A stretch of 64,000 nt of DNA from Thermodesulfobacteriota bacterium (GTDB taxonomy: Bacteria > Desulfobacterota_D > UBA1144 > Nemesobacterales > Nemesobacteraceae). The position numbers and the translations under genes are program-made. Below the pieces are notes generated by a model. That model did not search any database and had not been told where the DNA came from. It saw nothing but the letters and a program-made list of their open reading frames with translations. The stretch is taken from assembly GCA_965197885.1 (NCBI GenBank), contig OZ240231.1, forward strand, positions 64,644-128,643. Direction: 5' to 3'. Of this stretch, positions 10,908 to 21,288 are shown one piece after another; the stretch's first letter is position 1, and every line of letters starts with the position of its first letter.

Positions 10908-11435
10908 TTGCCGGAAAACGCGAAACAAAGTCTTGTCCTCTACGGAAAGATAACAAAAAGACACGGCCTCTATGGTGAAGTGAAAATGTTCGCCTTCGGC
11001 GGACGCCCAGAAAACCTCTCCGGGGTAAAAGAAGTCTATATAGAAGTTCCCGACCGGACAGAACCCCGAAGATTCAACCTGTCCCGGATAAAATTCCAGA
11101 AAAAAACCGCGATTTTGAAATTAAAGGGCATCGATACCCCCGAGGCCGCAGACGGACTGAGAGATCTCCACGTACTGATTGAAAGAGACAATCTGCAGTC
11201 CCCGGGAGAAGATGAGTATTTCTGGTCTGATCTCATCGGGCTTCAGGTCCGTACCACCCGCGGAGACAATGTCGGAGAGGTAAAGGACCTTATCGATTCG
11301 GGTGGACACGATATTCTCGTGATAAAAAGCACGAGGCGGGAATTCCTGGTACCGTTCGTCAAAAAATTCGTGACCGCGGTGGATCTTGACGGTTCAGTGA
11401 TTACCGTGGAACCGCTAGAAGGGCTCCTTGATTAG
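10908..11435 (+). CDS. rimM: Ribosome maturation factor
   Basis: GKI...HGLYGEVK, EYFWSDLIG, LVPFV; synteny. Confidence 0.93.
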   Translation: MPENAKQSLVLYGKITKRHGLYGEVKMFAFGGRPENLSGVKEVYIEVPDRTEPRRFNLSRIKFQKKTAILKLKGIDTPEAADGLRDLHVLIERDNLQSPGEDEYFWSDLIGLQVRTTRGDNVGEVKDLIDSGGHDILVIKSTRREFLVPFVKKFVTAVDLDGSVITVEPLEGLLD

Positions 11436-11450
11436 CCTCGTGATGCTGCG

Positions 11451-12749
11451 ATGAAGTTTGATATAGTAACAATCTTCCCTGATTTCTTTGATTCCATTTT
11501 CTCGTTCGGAGTGATAAGCAGGGCCGTTGAGAACAAGACGGTGGAGATAAACGTCCACGATCTTAGAAGCTATTCAGGCGCGAAGCACGGAAAAACTGAT
11601 GACACCCCATACGGCGGGGGAAGCGGAATGCTTATGACCCCGGAACCTATAGGGAACGCCATCGGCCGGATAAGGGAAAAAGGACTTCGCTCCGCCGTAA
11701 TTCTCACGACCCCCAAGGGAGAGGAATTTGACGACCGCAAAGCGCAGGAGCTCTGCGGGTTTGAACAGCTGATAATCCTCTGCGGCCGGTACGAAGGGGT
11801 GGACGACAGGGTGAACGAACTTTACGTCGACATGAAGATATCGACAGGGAAATACATAAACTCCGGGGGAGAATACGCCTGCTCGCTTATAGTGGACGCC
11901 GTATCGAGATACCTTCCCGGGGTTCTCGGAAACACGGAGTCTCTTGCTTCTGAATCTCTTAAAAACGGGCTTCTTGAGTATCCTCAGTACACAAAGCCGC
12001 GAACTTACAGGGGAAAGAAGGTTCCCGAGGTGCTTCTTTCGGGAGACCATGGAGAGATAAGGAAATGGAGGAGGCGGGAGAGCATAAAAAGCACTTTCAT
12101 CCAGAATCCGGCTTTTCTTGACGACGCGCAGCTCTCCGGGGAGGAGGATGACTTTCTAAAGGAGCTTAAAGCCGAGAATCCTCCCGGGTTTAAGGTTTAT
12201 ATAGCGTTGGTTCATTATCCGGTCTACAACAGCCGCCTTGAAGTCGTCTCGACTGCATTTAAGAGCATAGACGCACACGACGTATCCAGAGACGCCACTA
12301 CTTACGGAGTGAGAAAACTTTATCTTATAAATCCCGTGGAGGAACAGCGCCGCCTAGCGGGGAGACTTGTTGATCACTGGACCGAGGGAGCGGGAAAAAA
12401 TTTTAACGAGACTAAAAGCAAAGCTTTTGGCATTATAAGCATAATGAGCACAATCGAGGAGACCGTGGGGCAGATAGAGGAAATTGAGGGAAAAAAGCCG
12501 AAGATGGTGGTTACAGACGCCCGCTTTTCAAACGACATGACTGGCTACAGGGTGCTTCGGGAAAAAATATTCGAAAACACGGATCCCTTTCTGATTCTTT
12601 TCGGTACGGGGTCGGGACTCACGCGTGAAACGATAGAAGTGGCCGACTATGTGCTCAAACCCGTAAGCGGTTACACTGGATTCAATCATCTTTCAGTAAG
12701 AAGCGCGGCCGCCATAGTGCTTGACAGGCTGCTTTCCTGCGGAGCCTGA
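11451..12749 (+). CDS. trmD: tRNA (guanine37-N1)-methyltransferase fused to a C-terminal second SPOUT RNA methyltransferase domain
   Basis: DDTPYGGG, CGRYEGVD, GGE, LEYPQYTKP; extra ~185 aa with LVHYPV and NHLSVRSAAAI.LDRL. Confidence 0.93.
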   Translation: MKFDIVTIFPDFFDSIFSFGVISRAVENKTVEINVHDLRSYSGAKHGKTDDTPYGGGSGMLMTPEPIGNAIGRIREKGLRSAVILTTPKGEEFDDRKAQELCGFEQLIILCGRYEGVDDRVNELYVDMKISTGKYINSGGEYACSLIVDAVSRYLPGVLGNTESLASESLKNGLLEYPQYTKPRTYRGKKVPEVLLSGDHGEIRKWRRRESIKSTFIQNPAFLDDAQLSGEEDDFLKELKAENPPGFKVYIALVHYPVYNSRLEVVSTAFKSIDAHDVSRDATTYGVRKLYLINPVEEQRRLAGRLVDHWTEGAGKNFNETKSKAFGIISIMSTIEETVGQIEEIEGKKPKMVVTDARFSNDMTGYRVLREKIFENTDPFLILFGTGSGLTRETIEVADYVLKPVSGYTGFNHLSVRSAAAIVLDRLLSCGA

Positions 12750-12813
12750 CTAGGTGGGATGGACGCTTCGGGAAATCTCCGGGAGCGGCTGAAAAAAAAG
12801 CTCTTTTAATATT

Positions 12814-12842
12814 TTGACAACACCGTAGAGGTTCTGTATATT
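12814..12842 (+). promoter_or_regulatory. Sigma70-type promoter for rplS
   Basis: TTGACA (12814-12819), 17 bp spacer, TATATT (12837-12842). Confidence 0.65.
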
Positions 12843-12864
12843 CAACATCCCGCGAAAAGGAAGA

Positions 12865-13218
12865 TTGAAAAAAATGGGAATTATAGCAGAAGTTGAAAAA
12901 AAACACCTGAGAACCGACCTGCCGGAATTTCGGGCCGGGGACACGGTATCGGTCCACTACAACATTAAGGAAGGCGAAAGGAGAAGGATCCAGGTTTTTG
13001 AAGGCACCGTGATAGCCAGAAAAGGCTCGGGCTTCAGGGAAACTTTCACGGTAAGAAAGGTTTCCTACGGTATCGGCGTCGAGAGAATCTTCCCCGTACA
13101 CTCCCCGCTTATAGGGAAAATAGAGGTAAAAAGAAAAGGCCGCGTGAGAAGGGCCAAGCTTTACTACCTAAGAGGCCTTTCAAAGAAAGCCAGCAGGATA
13201 AGGGAGAGAAGCTCCTAG
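12865..13218 (+). CDS. rplS: 50S ribosomal protein L19 (start may be ATG 12874)
   Basis: [42 protein letters not shown]. Confidence 0.98.
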   Translation: MKKMGIIAEVEKKHLRTDLPEFRAGDTVSVHYNIKEGERRRIQVFEGTVIARKGSGFRETFTVRKVSYGIGVERIFPVHSPLIGKIEVKRKGRVRRAKLYYLRGLSKKASRIRERSS

Positions 13219-13955
13219 TCTGTGGCCCCGGTTCCGTCCGTCCCACCGTTTCCCGCTTCGTCTATCTTCTTCATTACATGAGCCATCCTCTGGATCGATG
13301 TGTAAAAGGAGAAGAGAAACAGAATGATGACCGAGAGTTTCAGAAGGTAATCCCTGTTTCCGAACCCGAGAAAGAAAGTAACTATGTTGCCGAGGAAGTT
13401 AAACGCCGCGAGAACCCCGAGGTAGGCTACCCTCTCGGTTCTCTGCATTATCCCTATCTCGCAGTCGATTCCAAGCCCCTCTGCCCTGGCTTTTGTGTAG
13501 CTGACCATCATTGAACAGCTGACTATAAGGAAAACGATGTAAACGAAAAAAGTGTCTCTGAAAAAGCTCAGAAGACCCATGTAGATAAGAACTTCCGAAT
13601 ATCTGTCCACGCAGGAGTCAAAGAAAGCTCCCTTGGGTGAATTGAGACCTTGCGCGCGTGCCACTCTGCCGTCGAAAATGTCAAAGGTTGAACCGGCCAG
13701 CAGCAGCACCCCTGCTATGAAGATCATGCCCAGATGGAAAAAGTAGCCGGCGAGCGCGGAAACCAGCAGCGTGGTAATAGTAAGTACGTTGGGGCGGAAC
13801 TTCCTGTCTATGAGAAAGTCCTCTATGGGGCTCATGAGAAAGACCCACCAGGACTTGATCCCGCCCGAAAGAAGCTTGGAAGAGTCCGGTTTTCTCCCGG
13901 TCTTCGATCTCTCGTCGGTTTCTTCGGAGTTAGCGGATATCCGTTCGTTTTCCAT
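13215..13955 (-). CDS. CDP-alcohol phosphatidyltransferase (phosphatidylinositol-phosphate synthase-like)
   Basis: DIFDGRVAR...[13 protein letters not shown] signature; [17 protein letters not shown]. Confidence 0.85.
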   Translation of the reverse strand: MENERISANSEETDERSKTGRKPDSSKLLSGGIKSWWVFLMSPIEDFLIDRKFRPNVLTITTLLVSALAGYFFHLGMIFIAGVLLLAGSTFDIFDGRVARAQGLNSPKGAFFDSCVDRYSEVLIYMGLLSFFRDTFFVYIVFLIVSCSMMVSYTKARAEGLGIDCEIGIMQRTERVAYLGVLAAFNFLGNIVTFFLGFGNRDYLLKLSVIILFLFSFYTSIQRMAHVMKKIDEAGNGGTDGTGATD

Positions 13956-14029
13956 GGGAAAAAATAATAACCTGTAATCTCCTCTGTAGTCTATCTGCGG
14001 GCAGACAGTATATACCCGCCCTCCGCCGA

Positions 14030-14566
14030 TCAGTCATTGAGAGTTACGTAAAACTTGAAGTCTCTTTCTTTCTCCTTTATCTCGCTTCCGTATTCCCGCG
14101 CCTGCTCCTTGGATTGAAAGGTTCCTATCCTCACCCTGTAGAAAGTGGTGATTTCAGAAGGCGAGTACTCTCTTATAAAAGCTGGATACCCTTTGTCTTT
14201 GTAAAACTTTACCGTGCGGTTGGCGACTTTCTTGCTAAGGAAGGAACTGATCTGAATAGTGTATTTGTGATCGGGGTTGATCATCGCCGACAGGTACTTG
14301 TCACGAGTGGATATTCTATCCGAAGAAGATTCGTCCGTGGATGCGGCCGGGGATTCCTCTTCGCCGCTCGGGGATTCCCCTCGCGGTACAAACGAAAACA
14401 GTTTTTCCAGCAGACCGGGAGATTTCTCCGCCGAAGCGGGCTCGTCTGTGGGTATGAATTTCTTCCCCACTACAACTCCCAGAGAAAACACCATTGTGAA
14501 AACAACGAGAAAAACTAGGGACAGACGCAGCACCCGGGGATTTTTTTCTTTTCTTTCTTCAGTCAT
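14030..14566 (-). CDS. SPOR-domain bitopic membrane protein (FtsN/DedD-like)
   Basis: N-terminal TM; YTIQISSF...YRVRIGTF SPOR motif; downstream of argS. Confidence 0.85.
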   Translation of the reverse strand: MTEERKEKNPRVLRLSLVFLVVFTMVFSLGVVVGKKFIPTDEPASAEKSPGLLEKLFSFVPRGESPSGEEESPAASTDESSSDRISTRDKYLSAMINPDHKYTIQISSFLSKKVANRTVKFYKDKGYPAFIREYSPSEITTFYRVRIGTFQSKEQAREYGSEIKEKERDFKFYVTLND

Positions 14567-14568
14567 TT

Positions 14569-16242
14569 TTACATGCTCCGGGGAGCGTTTATTCCGAGAA
14601 GCCCGAGACCGTTTTCTATAACTACCTGTACGCAGCGGGCCAAGTAAAGCCTCGCGGAAGCCTTATCGGCGTTCTCTGAGTCCAGTATCCTTGTTTTATT
14701 GTAATAAAAATGAAACTCAGCCGCCAATTCCTGAAGATAATAGACTACCTTATGTGGAGAAAGCGACTCGGCTGCGGAGAGGACGATCTCAGGGAATCTG
14801 AGAAGTCTTTTCACTATGCTTCGTTCCTCATCCTCTGAGAGCAGGTCAAGATGTTTTTCCGAAGCGCTCACTCCCGCTTCCGCCGAGTTTCTTAGCAGGC
14901 TTGAAATCCTCGCGTTTGCGTACTGAACGTAGTAAACGGGATTTTCGCTTGACTCTTTTTTCGCCAGGGAAAGATCGAAATCAAGGTGACTGTCCGAGCT
15001 TCTCATCAGCAGAAAGAATCTCGCGGCGTCACATCCGACTTCGCGCAGCACTTCGCGAAGCGTGACGTAATCTCCCGTTCTTTTCGACATCGGAACTTCC
15101 TCGCCGTCCCTTACGAGCCTTACGAACTGTATAAGAAGTACCTGCAGAGAAGATTCATCTAGGCCAAGGGCCTTCATTGACGACTTAAGGCGCGAGACGT
15201 GACTGTGGTGGTCGGCCCCCCAGACGTTTATCAGCCTGGAAAAGCCCCTTGAGTATTTATCCAAGTGGTAAGCTATGTCGGAGAGAAAGTAAGTCGGGGT
15301 GCCGTCTTTTTTTATTATTACCCAGTCCTTGCCGTCCCCGTACAGAGAAGCCTTGAACCAAAGCGCCTGCTCTTTCTTCTCAACTGCGTCAAGATTTTCA
15401 AGTCTGGCTAGGGTTTCGGCAATTTTTTCTTCTCCTGAGTCGCGGCCATGTATTTCGGTTCTCTCGCTGTACCAGTTGTCAAAATCCACCCTCAGGTCCA
15501 GAAGGTCAGTTTTTATTTCCTCAAGCAGTTCTGAGTAGGCAAACTCTTTGCAAAACTCGATAGCGGCTGATTCATCCCCGGGCACTTGCGGACATCTCTC
15601 CGATTTTTTTATTTCCCCGGCGAGTTCAGAGATGTATTCTCCGTGATACCCGTCTTCTGGAAGCTCTTTTGTGAGTCCGTACAAGTGTGCGAGGGCCGAG
15701 TATACGGACTCGCCGAGCATTTCCATCTGCCTGCCCGCATCGTTTACGTAAAATTCCCTGGTCACCTCATATCCGCAAAAGGAAAGCATTCTGGACACCG
15801 AATCTCCGACAACGGCGTTTCGCGCGTGACCGAAATGAAGGTAACCCGTAGGATTGGCGCTTACGAACTCAACCATTACCTTCTGTCCGGAACCCTCGCG
15901 GGAAGCTCCGTATCGGTCGCCCAGACGAAGAATTTCCCGAAGTCCGGATCCGAACAGAGTCTCGTTAACGAAAAAATTGATAAATCCCGGCCCGGCGATA
16001 TCAAGCCTTTCTATGAAGTCGCACTGGCGCTGCTCTATGGCCTCTACTATGCTTTGCGCGACTTCGCGCGGACTCGCGCCCGTCATGCTTCCTATAACAA
16101 GCGCCGCGTTTGTGGAGAAATCGCCGAATTCCTTTTTTTTCGGAACCGACACCTCAAACTCCGCCTTGTCCCCCGTCGGGATTCCGGGAAACGCAAGCGA
16201 ATCCACGGACTCTTTTATTACTTTCAGTATTTCGTCCTTCAT
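14569..16242 (-). CDS. argS: Arginine--tRNA ligase
   Basis: VEFVSANPTGYLHFGHAR, WGADH, MSKRTG, YVQYANAR. Confidence 0.98.
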   Translation of the reverse strand: MKDEILKVIKESVDSLAFPGIPTGDKAEFEVSVPKKKEFGDFSTNAALVIGSMTGASPREVAQSIVEAIEQRQCDFIERLDIAGPGFINFFVNETLFGSGLREILRLGDRYGASREGSGQKVMVEFVSANPTGYLHFGHARNAVVGDSVSRMLSFCGYEVTREFYVNDAGRQMEMLGESVYSALAHLYGLTKELPEDGYHGEYISELAGEIKKSERCPQVPGDESAAIEFCKEFAYSELLEEIKTDLLDLRVDFDNWYSERTEIHGRDSGEEKIAETLARLENLDAVEKKEQALWFKASLYGDGKDWVIIKKDGTPTYFLSDIAYHLDKYSRGFSRLINVWGADHHSHVSRLKSSMKALGLDESSLQVLLIQFVRLVRDGEEVPMSKRTGDYVTLREVLREVGCDAARFFLLMRSSDSHLDFDLSLAKKESSENPVYYVQYANARISSLLRNSAEAGVSASEKHLDLLSEDEERSIVKRLLRFPEIVLSAAESLSPHKVVYYLQELAAEFHFYYNKTRILDSENADKASARLYLARCVQVVIENGLGLLGINAPRSM

Positions 16243-16883
16243 GAATTTTCGTGGCCTGTCTTATCGCCGGGAGGGCCCAGATGATCAATATCGTTAAAGG
16301 ATATTATAATGAATCTGTCGCCACATATCTCAACAACGCTTTTTGAGGCTTCATCCACCATGTAATCGCGGAATTCCTTGAGCGAACTTCCGGCAAATCT
16401 GCAAAGCAGAGCTCCTATAACCAGATTGTGGCTTACGATCACTATGTTTTGCGACCCGAAGCAACTTCTGATATCCGCAACGGCATCAAGCGCCCTTTGC
16501 TGAACGCCGCTTAGGGTCTCTCCCCCGGGTAACTGCAGGGTTTCTGGGTCTCTGAGCCAGTGCTCAAGTACGTCAGAATATTTCTCCCTTATGTAGGAGA
16601 AATCAAGCCCTTCAAAAACTCCCTGGTCCATCTCCCGGAGATCATCCCTGATATTAAGGTCAAGGGAGTGATACGCGGCGATTTTCTCCGCCGTAATCTT
16701 TGCCCTTATGAGATCGCTTGAGTATATGCGATCGATCCTCTCGTCTTTAAGAGAGAAAGCCACTTTTTCCGCCTGCTCAATTCCGCCACTGTTGAGCGGA
16801 ACATCGCTTACTCCCTGGCATCTTCCGATTTCATTCCAGTCCGTTTTTCCGTGTCTTACGAATATCAGGCGCATACGAATCAC
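16239..16883 (-). CDS. Histidine phosphatase family protein (CobC/PspA-like)
   Basis: RHGKT, SSDL.RA, E...G.FEG, VSHN. Confidence 0.9.
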   Translation of the reverse strand: MIRMRLIFVRHGKTDWNEIGRCQGVSDVPLNSGGIEQAEKVAFSLKDERIDRIYSSDLIRAKITAEKIAAYHSLDLNIRDDLREMDQGVFEGLDFSYIREKYSDVLEHWLRDPETLQLPGGETLSGVQQRALDAVADIRSCFGSQNIVIVSHNLVIGALLCRFAGSSLKEFRDYMVDEASKSVVEICGDRFIIISFNDIDHLGPPGDKTGHENS

Positions 16884-17758
16884 TTTTTACTTTCACATGA
16901 AATGATGAAAAATTCCGATTTTATCCTGTCCCTCAGCTCGTTTGGGGGAGGGGGCAGCGGTGAAGCTGCGTCTACGGCCTTTATGCAGTAAGAATCGAAA
17001 CTTCTGTTTCCGGAACTTGTTTCTATACCTACGTCGTACACCTCTCCGTTTTCTCTCATATGAAAATTCACTTGGGCCGCGAGAAAAGCGCTGGAATCTA
17101 TGTTAAGGGGCAGGATAAGGTTTCTCTGTATCCGTTTCGATATTGTTTTGTAATAAACGTCAAGCACAAGCGAGATGAGCCCCGGACCGGCCTTTTTGGA
17201 GGCAGGCTGGGTTGACGCCGCTTCCCCTGCTTTCTCGATACTCCTCAAAACGGATTCCTTTTTGATGTCCCTGATAACTTCTCTCTTTCCGGAGTCAAGA
17301 GGATTTTCCTCGGCAGCAGCTTCCTCTTTCTCAGTTTCGGGCTTCGTGCTCTGCGCGGTCTTTTCTGCAACTGTCTCCTTGCGTGTTGCTACAGGCTCCT
17401 TCCGCTTCTCGGGGGGTTTTGTTTCCGCCGGGGAAGCTTTGGGGAGTTCCTGCTTTTTCGCCACGGGTGCAGGCGGACGCTCTTTTTTCCTCTCGGGGGT
17501 TTTCACCTGTGCCGAGGGAGTTTTTTTAACTTTTTTCTCCGCATTTTTTTTTGGTTTCTGGGGACGACTGGGTGACTTTACATCTGATTTTTTTTTGTCG
17601 ACACGCGGAGCATGGGTCGAAAGTGATACTTCTATTGAACTTTCCGGGGAAACCTCCCCGTGTCCCCCCACTCCCAGAGAAAGCAGACAAACAACAAGCA
17701 GATGAAGACCCAGAGAAACAAAAAGCCCTTTGCGAAATAGATTCTCTTCTCCCTTCAT
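16880..17758 (-). CDS. tolA: TolA/TonB family protein
   Basis: SLGLH TM motif, Lys/Pro/Glu-rich linker, C-terminal SSGN..FD...AV...PLPPPP. Confidence 0.8.
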   Translation of the reverse strand: MKGEENLFRKGLFVSLGLHLLVVCLLSLGVGGHGEVSPESSIEVSLSTHAPRVDKKKSDVKSPSRPQKPKKNAEKKVKKTPSAQVKTPERKKERPPAPVAKKQELPKASPAETKPPEKRKEPVATRKETVAEKTAQSTKPETEKEEAAAEENPLDSGKREVIRDIKKESVLRSIEKAGEAASTQPASKKAGPGLISLVLDVYYKTISKRIQRNLILPLNIDSSAFLAAQVNFHMRENGEVYDVGIETSSGNRSFDSYCIKAVDAASPLPPPPNELRDRIKSEFFIISCESKK

Positions 17759-17762
17759 CTCT

Positions 17763-18218
17763 TTACATGTTCGCTTTTATATCCTTTATGCTTTTTGACT
17801 CCGTGACGAGACTTAGCTTCTCAACGCCAGCTTTTTTTATCTCGTCTATTACCTTTACCACGAATTCGTACCTGACCGATTTGTCAGCTCTGAGAAAAAC
17901 CCGCCCACTCTCGGGCGTTGTTCCCTCCGCTTTCATGATGTTGCCGAGAGCGGTGGCGATTTCTGGAAGCGGATAGCTGGTGTCTTCGAGAAATATCTTT
18001 CCGGATCCCGTCAGGGTCACGGTTATTTTTTTCTGGTTTTTTATCGGGATTTTAGAAGACGCCGTTTGCGGAAGGTTTACCTTGATTCCCTGGTAGAGTA
18101 TGGGAGTGGTGACCATGAAGATAACCAGAAGAACCAGCATTACGTCAACAAAGGGAGTGACGTTTATCTCCGAGAGCACTGATCTGTGCCAGCCTGTATT
18201 GAATTTTCCTGCTGCCAT
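17763..18218 (-). CDS. tolR: TolR/ExbD
   Basis: EINVTPFVDVMLVLLVIFMVT, LRADK. Confidence 0.9.
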   Translation of the reverse strand: MAAGKFNTGWHRSVLSEINVTPFVDVMLVLLVIFMVTTPILYQGIKVNLPQTASSKIPIKNQKKITVTLTGSGKIFLEDTSYPLPEIATALGNIMKAEGTTPESGRVFLRADKSVRYEFVVKVIDEIKKAGVEKLSLVTESKSIKDIKANM

Positions 18219-18234
18219 GAAGCGAAATTCCCCG

Positions 18235-18951
18235 TTACCTGTTTAGATATCTTTCCGCCGTGTTTAAAAATCCGGCGCAGAAATTCTCCATTTCCACTTC
18301 CATCGCTCTTACCCGGTTGACAAAGTAGTTGTAGGCCACTGTGGCGGGGATGGCGGCCGCGAGACCGATGGCGGTCGCTATAAGTGCCTCCGCAATTCCC
18401 GGAGCCACGACCTCAAGCGAGGGAACCCCTTTGCTTCCCGCGAGTCCTATAAAGGAGTTCATAATACCCCACACGGTTCCAAACAGCCCTATAAACGGGG
18501 CTGAACTGCCGGTGGTGGCAAGAAAAACCAGAGACTTCTCAAGTTTTGAAGCCTCTGCGGTCATCGCTCTGTTAAGCGCCCTTTCCACGAGGTCTACGGA
18601 TTCGGAACGAGAAGAAATGTCTCCATGCTGCTGAGGGTCGAGTTCGCCTCGACTTTTCTTCTTGTCCGTTTTCACCACTTCCGCGTAACCCGCCCTGAAC
18701 AGTTCGGCAACCGGACCGCCGACTTTCTCCGAGAAGGAAAGAAGCGCTCTCATGTCTTCGTTTGAATGATAAAGATTGAGAAACGCGGTTGATTTCTTGG
18801 AAGAACTTCTTAGAAGATGAAATTTCGAGTAGATAATCGCCCAGGAAAAAATGGACATAAGAATTAAAACCAGAAGCACGCCCTTGACCACGGGCCCGGT
18901 GCTTACAAGCAGCATTAATATGTTGTTTGTTCCTTCCGTGAACAGATTCAT
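18235..18951 (-). CDS. tolQ: TolQ
   Basis: FLATTGS.APFIGLFGTVWGIM, VAPGIAEALIATAIGL. Confidence 0.93.
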   Translation of the reverse strand: MNLFTEGTNNILMLLVSTGPVVKGVLLVLILMSIFSWAIIYSKFHLLRSSSKKSTAFLNLYHSNEDMRALLSFSEKVGGPVAELFRAGYAEVVKTDKKKSRGELDPQQHGDISSRSESVDLVERALNRAMTAEASKLEKSLVFLATTGSSAPFIGLFGTVWGIMNSFIGLAGSKGVPSLEVVAPGIAEALIATAIGLAAAIPATVAYNYFVNRVRAMEVEMENFCAGFLNTAERYLNR

Positions 18952-19206
18952 AAGGAGTGCTTAGGCGAAATTCGAAAACTCCAGTTCCGTCGGTAAATTT
19001 TTCAAGCCATGTCGCGGATGGCACGCGGTCGGATAACCCAATGCCGAGCGAAGAGATAACCGCTGATAGGAATCAGACAGGAAATCTTAACCATATTATC
19101 ATACCCGTTTTGGGGGATTAAACATCCCTTCACGGTCAGGTACAATTGAAAAACCGAGTTGATTTGGCGAATATACGTCAATACCGCGCTTAATGGAGGA
19201 ACCAAG

Positions 19207-19653
19207 GTGTCAGTAAAACATTGTTTCTCGGCCGTTTTTATCCTGATTTTCTTTCTTGCGACCGCTGCTGTGGTTCGTGCGGAGGAGGGCAGATACACGG
19301 TCGTAGTGGAAGAAAGTTTCTATACCGTGGCGCCCGAGAACCGTGACGAGTTTCTCAGGGTATACAGAACACGTCTTTTTCCTTTCTGGCAGGAAATGAA
19401 AAAGATGGGTATCACCGTTGACGATTACAGGCTGTATTCACAGAGAATACATACTATAAAGCCGCTTTGGACCTACAAGACCGTAGTTAAATTCAAAAAC
19501 TACGCGGCTATAGACAAGTGGCTTGAGATAAGAGACGAGGTATACAGAAAAATGTTTCCCGGAGAAAAGGGTTACAAGGAACCGAGAAAAATAATAGACG
19601 CCATTTCCGGGAATCACTGGGACGAGTTCATAAGGGAAATCCCGCTTGACTGA
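19207..19653 (+). CDS. Exported hypothetical protein, NIPSNAP/dimeric alpha-beta barrel-like
   Basis: GGAGGA RBS and GTG start, signal peptide ending VRA, Y.V.P...DEFL pattern. Confidence 0.7.
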   Translation: MSVKHCFSAVFILIFFLATAAVVRAEEGRYTVVVEESFYTVAPENRDEFLRVYRTRLFPFWQEMKKMGITVDDYRLYSQRIHTIKPLWTYKTVVKFKNYAAIDKWLEIRDEVYRKMFPGEKGYKEPRKIIDAISGNHWDEFIREIPLD

Positions 19654-19677
19654 TGGTCTTCTGATTCTCTGTGCAGA

Positions 19678-20703
19678 TCAGAGAAGCTTCGGCTGACTCT
19701 CGGTTCGGCTGAGTCCGAGGTGCCCGTAGGCAAGCTGCGTAGCCTTTCTTCCCCTAGGGGTTTTCTCCACGAGTCCCTCCCTTATAAGAAAGGGTTCATA
19801 AACGTTTTCTATTGTGTCTTTGTCCTCGCTTACCGCGGCTGAGATGGTGTCTATTCCTACCGGGCCGCCTCCGAATTTTTCGATTATGGCGGTTAGTATC
19901 GCCCTGTCGAGGTTATCAAGCCCCTTTGAATCGATCTCAAGCATCGAAAGCGCGGCCTTGACCACGGGTTCGGTTATACGACCGTCCGATTTCATCTGGG
20001 AGTAGTCTCTTACCCTCTTAAGAAGCCTGTTGGCTATCCTGGGAGTTCCCCTTGCTCTCGAGGTCATTTCCTGGGCGCCCTCATCCGTTACATCGACTCC
20101 CAGAATCCCGGAGGATCTTTTCACTATGCTTGAAAGTTCTTCCGTGCTGTAGTAATCAAGCCTGAGTTCAACTCCGAACCGGGAGCGAAACGGGGAGGTT
20201 AGAAGTCCCGTTCTCGTGGTCGCTCCTATGAGCGTAAACCTGTTCAGGTTTATTTTCACTGACCTCGCCGTAGGACCTTCTCCTATCATGAGGTCGATGT
20301 TGAAATCCTCCATCGCGGAATAGAGATATTCCTCGACGACCCTGTTTATCCTGTGTATCTCGTCGATGAAAAGCACGTCTTTTTCACCAAGGTTGGTAAG
20401 CATGGATGCGAGATCTCCGGTTCTTTCGAGGACCGGACCCGAGGTGAGATGCAGAGCCACGCCGAGTTCGTTTGCGAATATGTGCGCGAGGGTGGTTTTT
20501 CCAAGTCCGGGGGGACCGGAAAGAAGCACGTGGTCAAGGGCTTCGCCTCTTGCCTTGGCGGCGCCGATAAATATGGTGACCTGCTCCTTTACGCTGGGCT
20601 GCCCGATAAAATCCTGAAGAAAAGCGGGACGAAGATTTACGTCCGTAAACTCATCTGTTTCCGTATATTCGGGCGAAACGGTTTTTTTTGTGTTCTGCGA
20701 CAT
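19678..20703 (-). CDS. ruvB: Holliday junction branch migration ATPase
   Basis: [38 protein letters not shown]. Confidence 0.98.
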   Translation of the reverse strand: MSQNTKKTVSPEYTETDEFTDVNLRPAFLQDFIGQPSVKEQVTIFIGAAKARGEALDHVLLSGPPGLGKTTLAHIFANELGVALHLTSGPVLERTGDLASMLTNLGEKDVLFIDEIHRINRVVEEYLYSAMEDFNIDLMIGEGPTARSVKINLNRFTLIGATTRTGLLTSPFRSRFGVELRLDYYSTEELSSIVKRSSGILGVDVTDEGAQEMTSRARGTPRIANRLLKRVRDYSQMKSDGRITEPVVKAALSMLEIDSKGLDNLDRAILTAIIEKFGGGPVGIDTISAAVSEDKDTIENVYEPFLIREGLVEKTPRGRKATQLAYGHLGLSRTESQPKLL

Positions 20704-21288
20704 CTAGTTTCTGATTACCTTAAGAGAATCCTTGAGAATGTCCTCGATGGATTCCGAGACTTCGATGATTTTCTTGATCTCGGAGGTTTTTTTCTCCACC
20801 TCAGACCTAGTGTAACCCAGGTTAAGCAGCGCGGAGACCGTATCGTTTAACATGGTGTTTGATATTGAGGACTCTTCATCCACAGCGAGATCATCAAGCT
20901 TGTCTTTAAGTTCGTTTACTATCTTGGTAGCGGTTTTGGTGCCGATTCCGCGGATTTTTCTCTGCGCGAGGTTTCCGTTTGTTATGGATCTTACAAGCTC
21001 CGGAACTGAAATGTTGGAAAGCACGTTCGTCGCCGCTTTTGGTCCTATGCCGGAAACGCCGATGAGTTTCTCAAAAAGTTTTTTCTCCCCGTCGGTGAGA
21101 AAGCCGAACAGCTCGATGCTGTTTTCCCTGTGACTGGTGTGTATTTTCAGTTCAACTTCTTCCCCTACTGCTCCCAGATCGTAGTAAGTCGAGAGGGGAA
21201 CTGTAACGCCGTAGCCGACCCCGCCTACGTCAACGACGACGGTTCCGATTTCCTTACAAGCGATTACGCCTCTAAGTAGATAGATCAT
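20704..21288 (-). CDS. ruvA: Holliday junction DNA-binding protein
   Basis: DVGGVGY, LFGF, VSGIGPK, ALLNLGY. Confidence 0.95.
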   Translation of the reverse strand: MIYLLRGVIACKEIGTVVVDVGGVGYGVTVPLSTYYDLGAVGEEVELKIHTSHRENSIELFGFLTDGEKKLFEKLIGVSGIGPKAATNVLSNISVPELVRSITNGNLAQRKIRGIGTKTATKIVNELKDKLDDLAVDEESSISNTMLNDTVSALLNLGYTRSEVEKKTSEIKKIIEVSESIEDILKDSLKVIRN

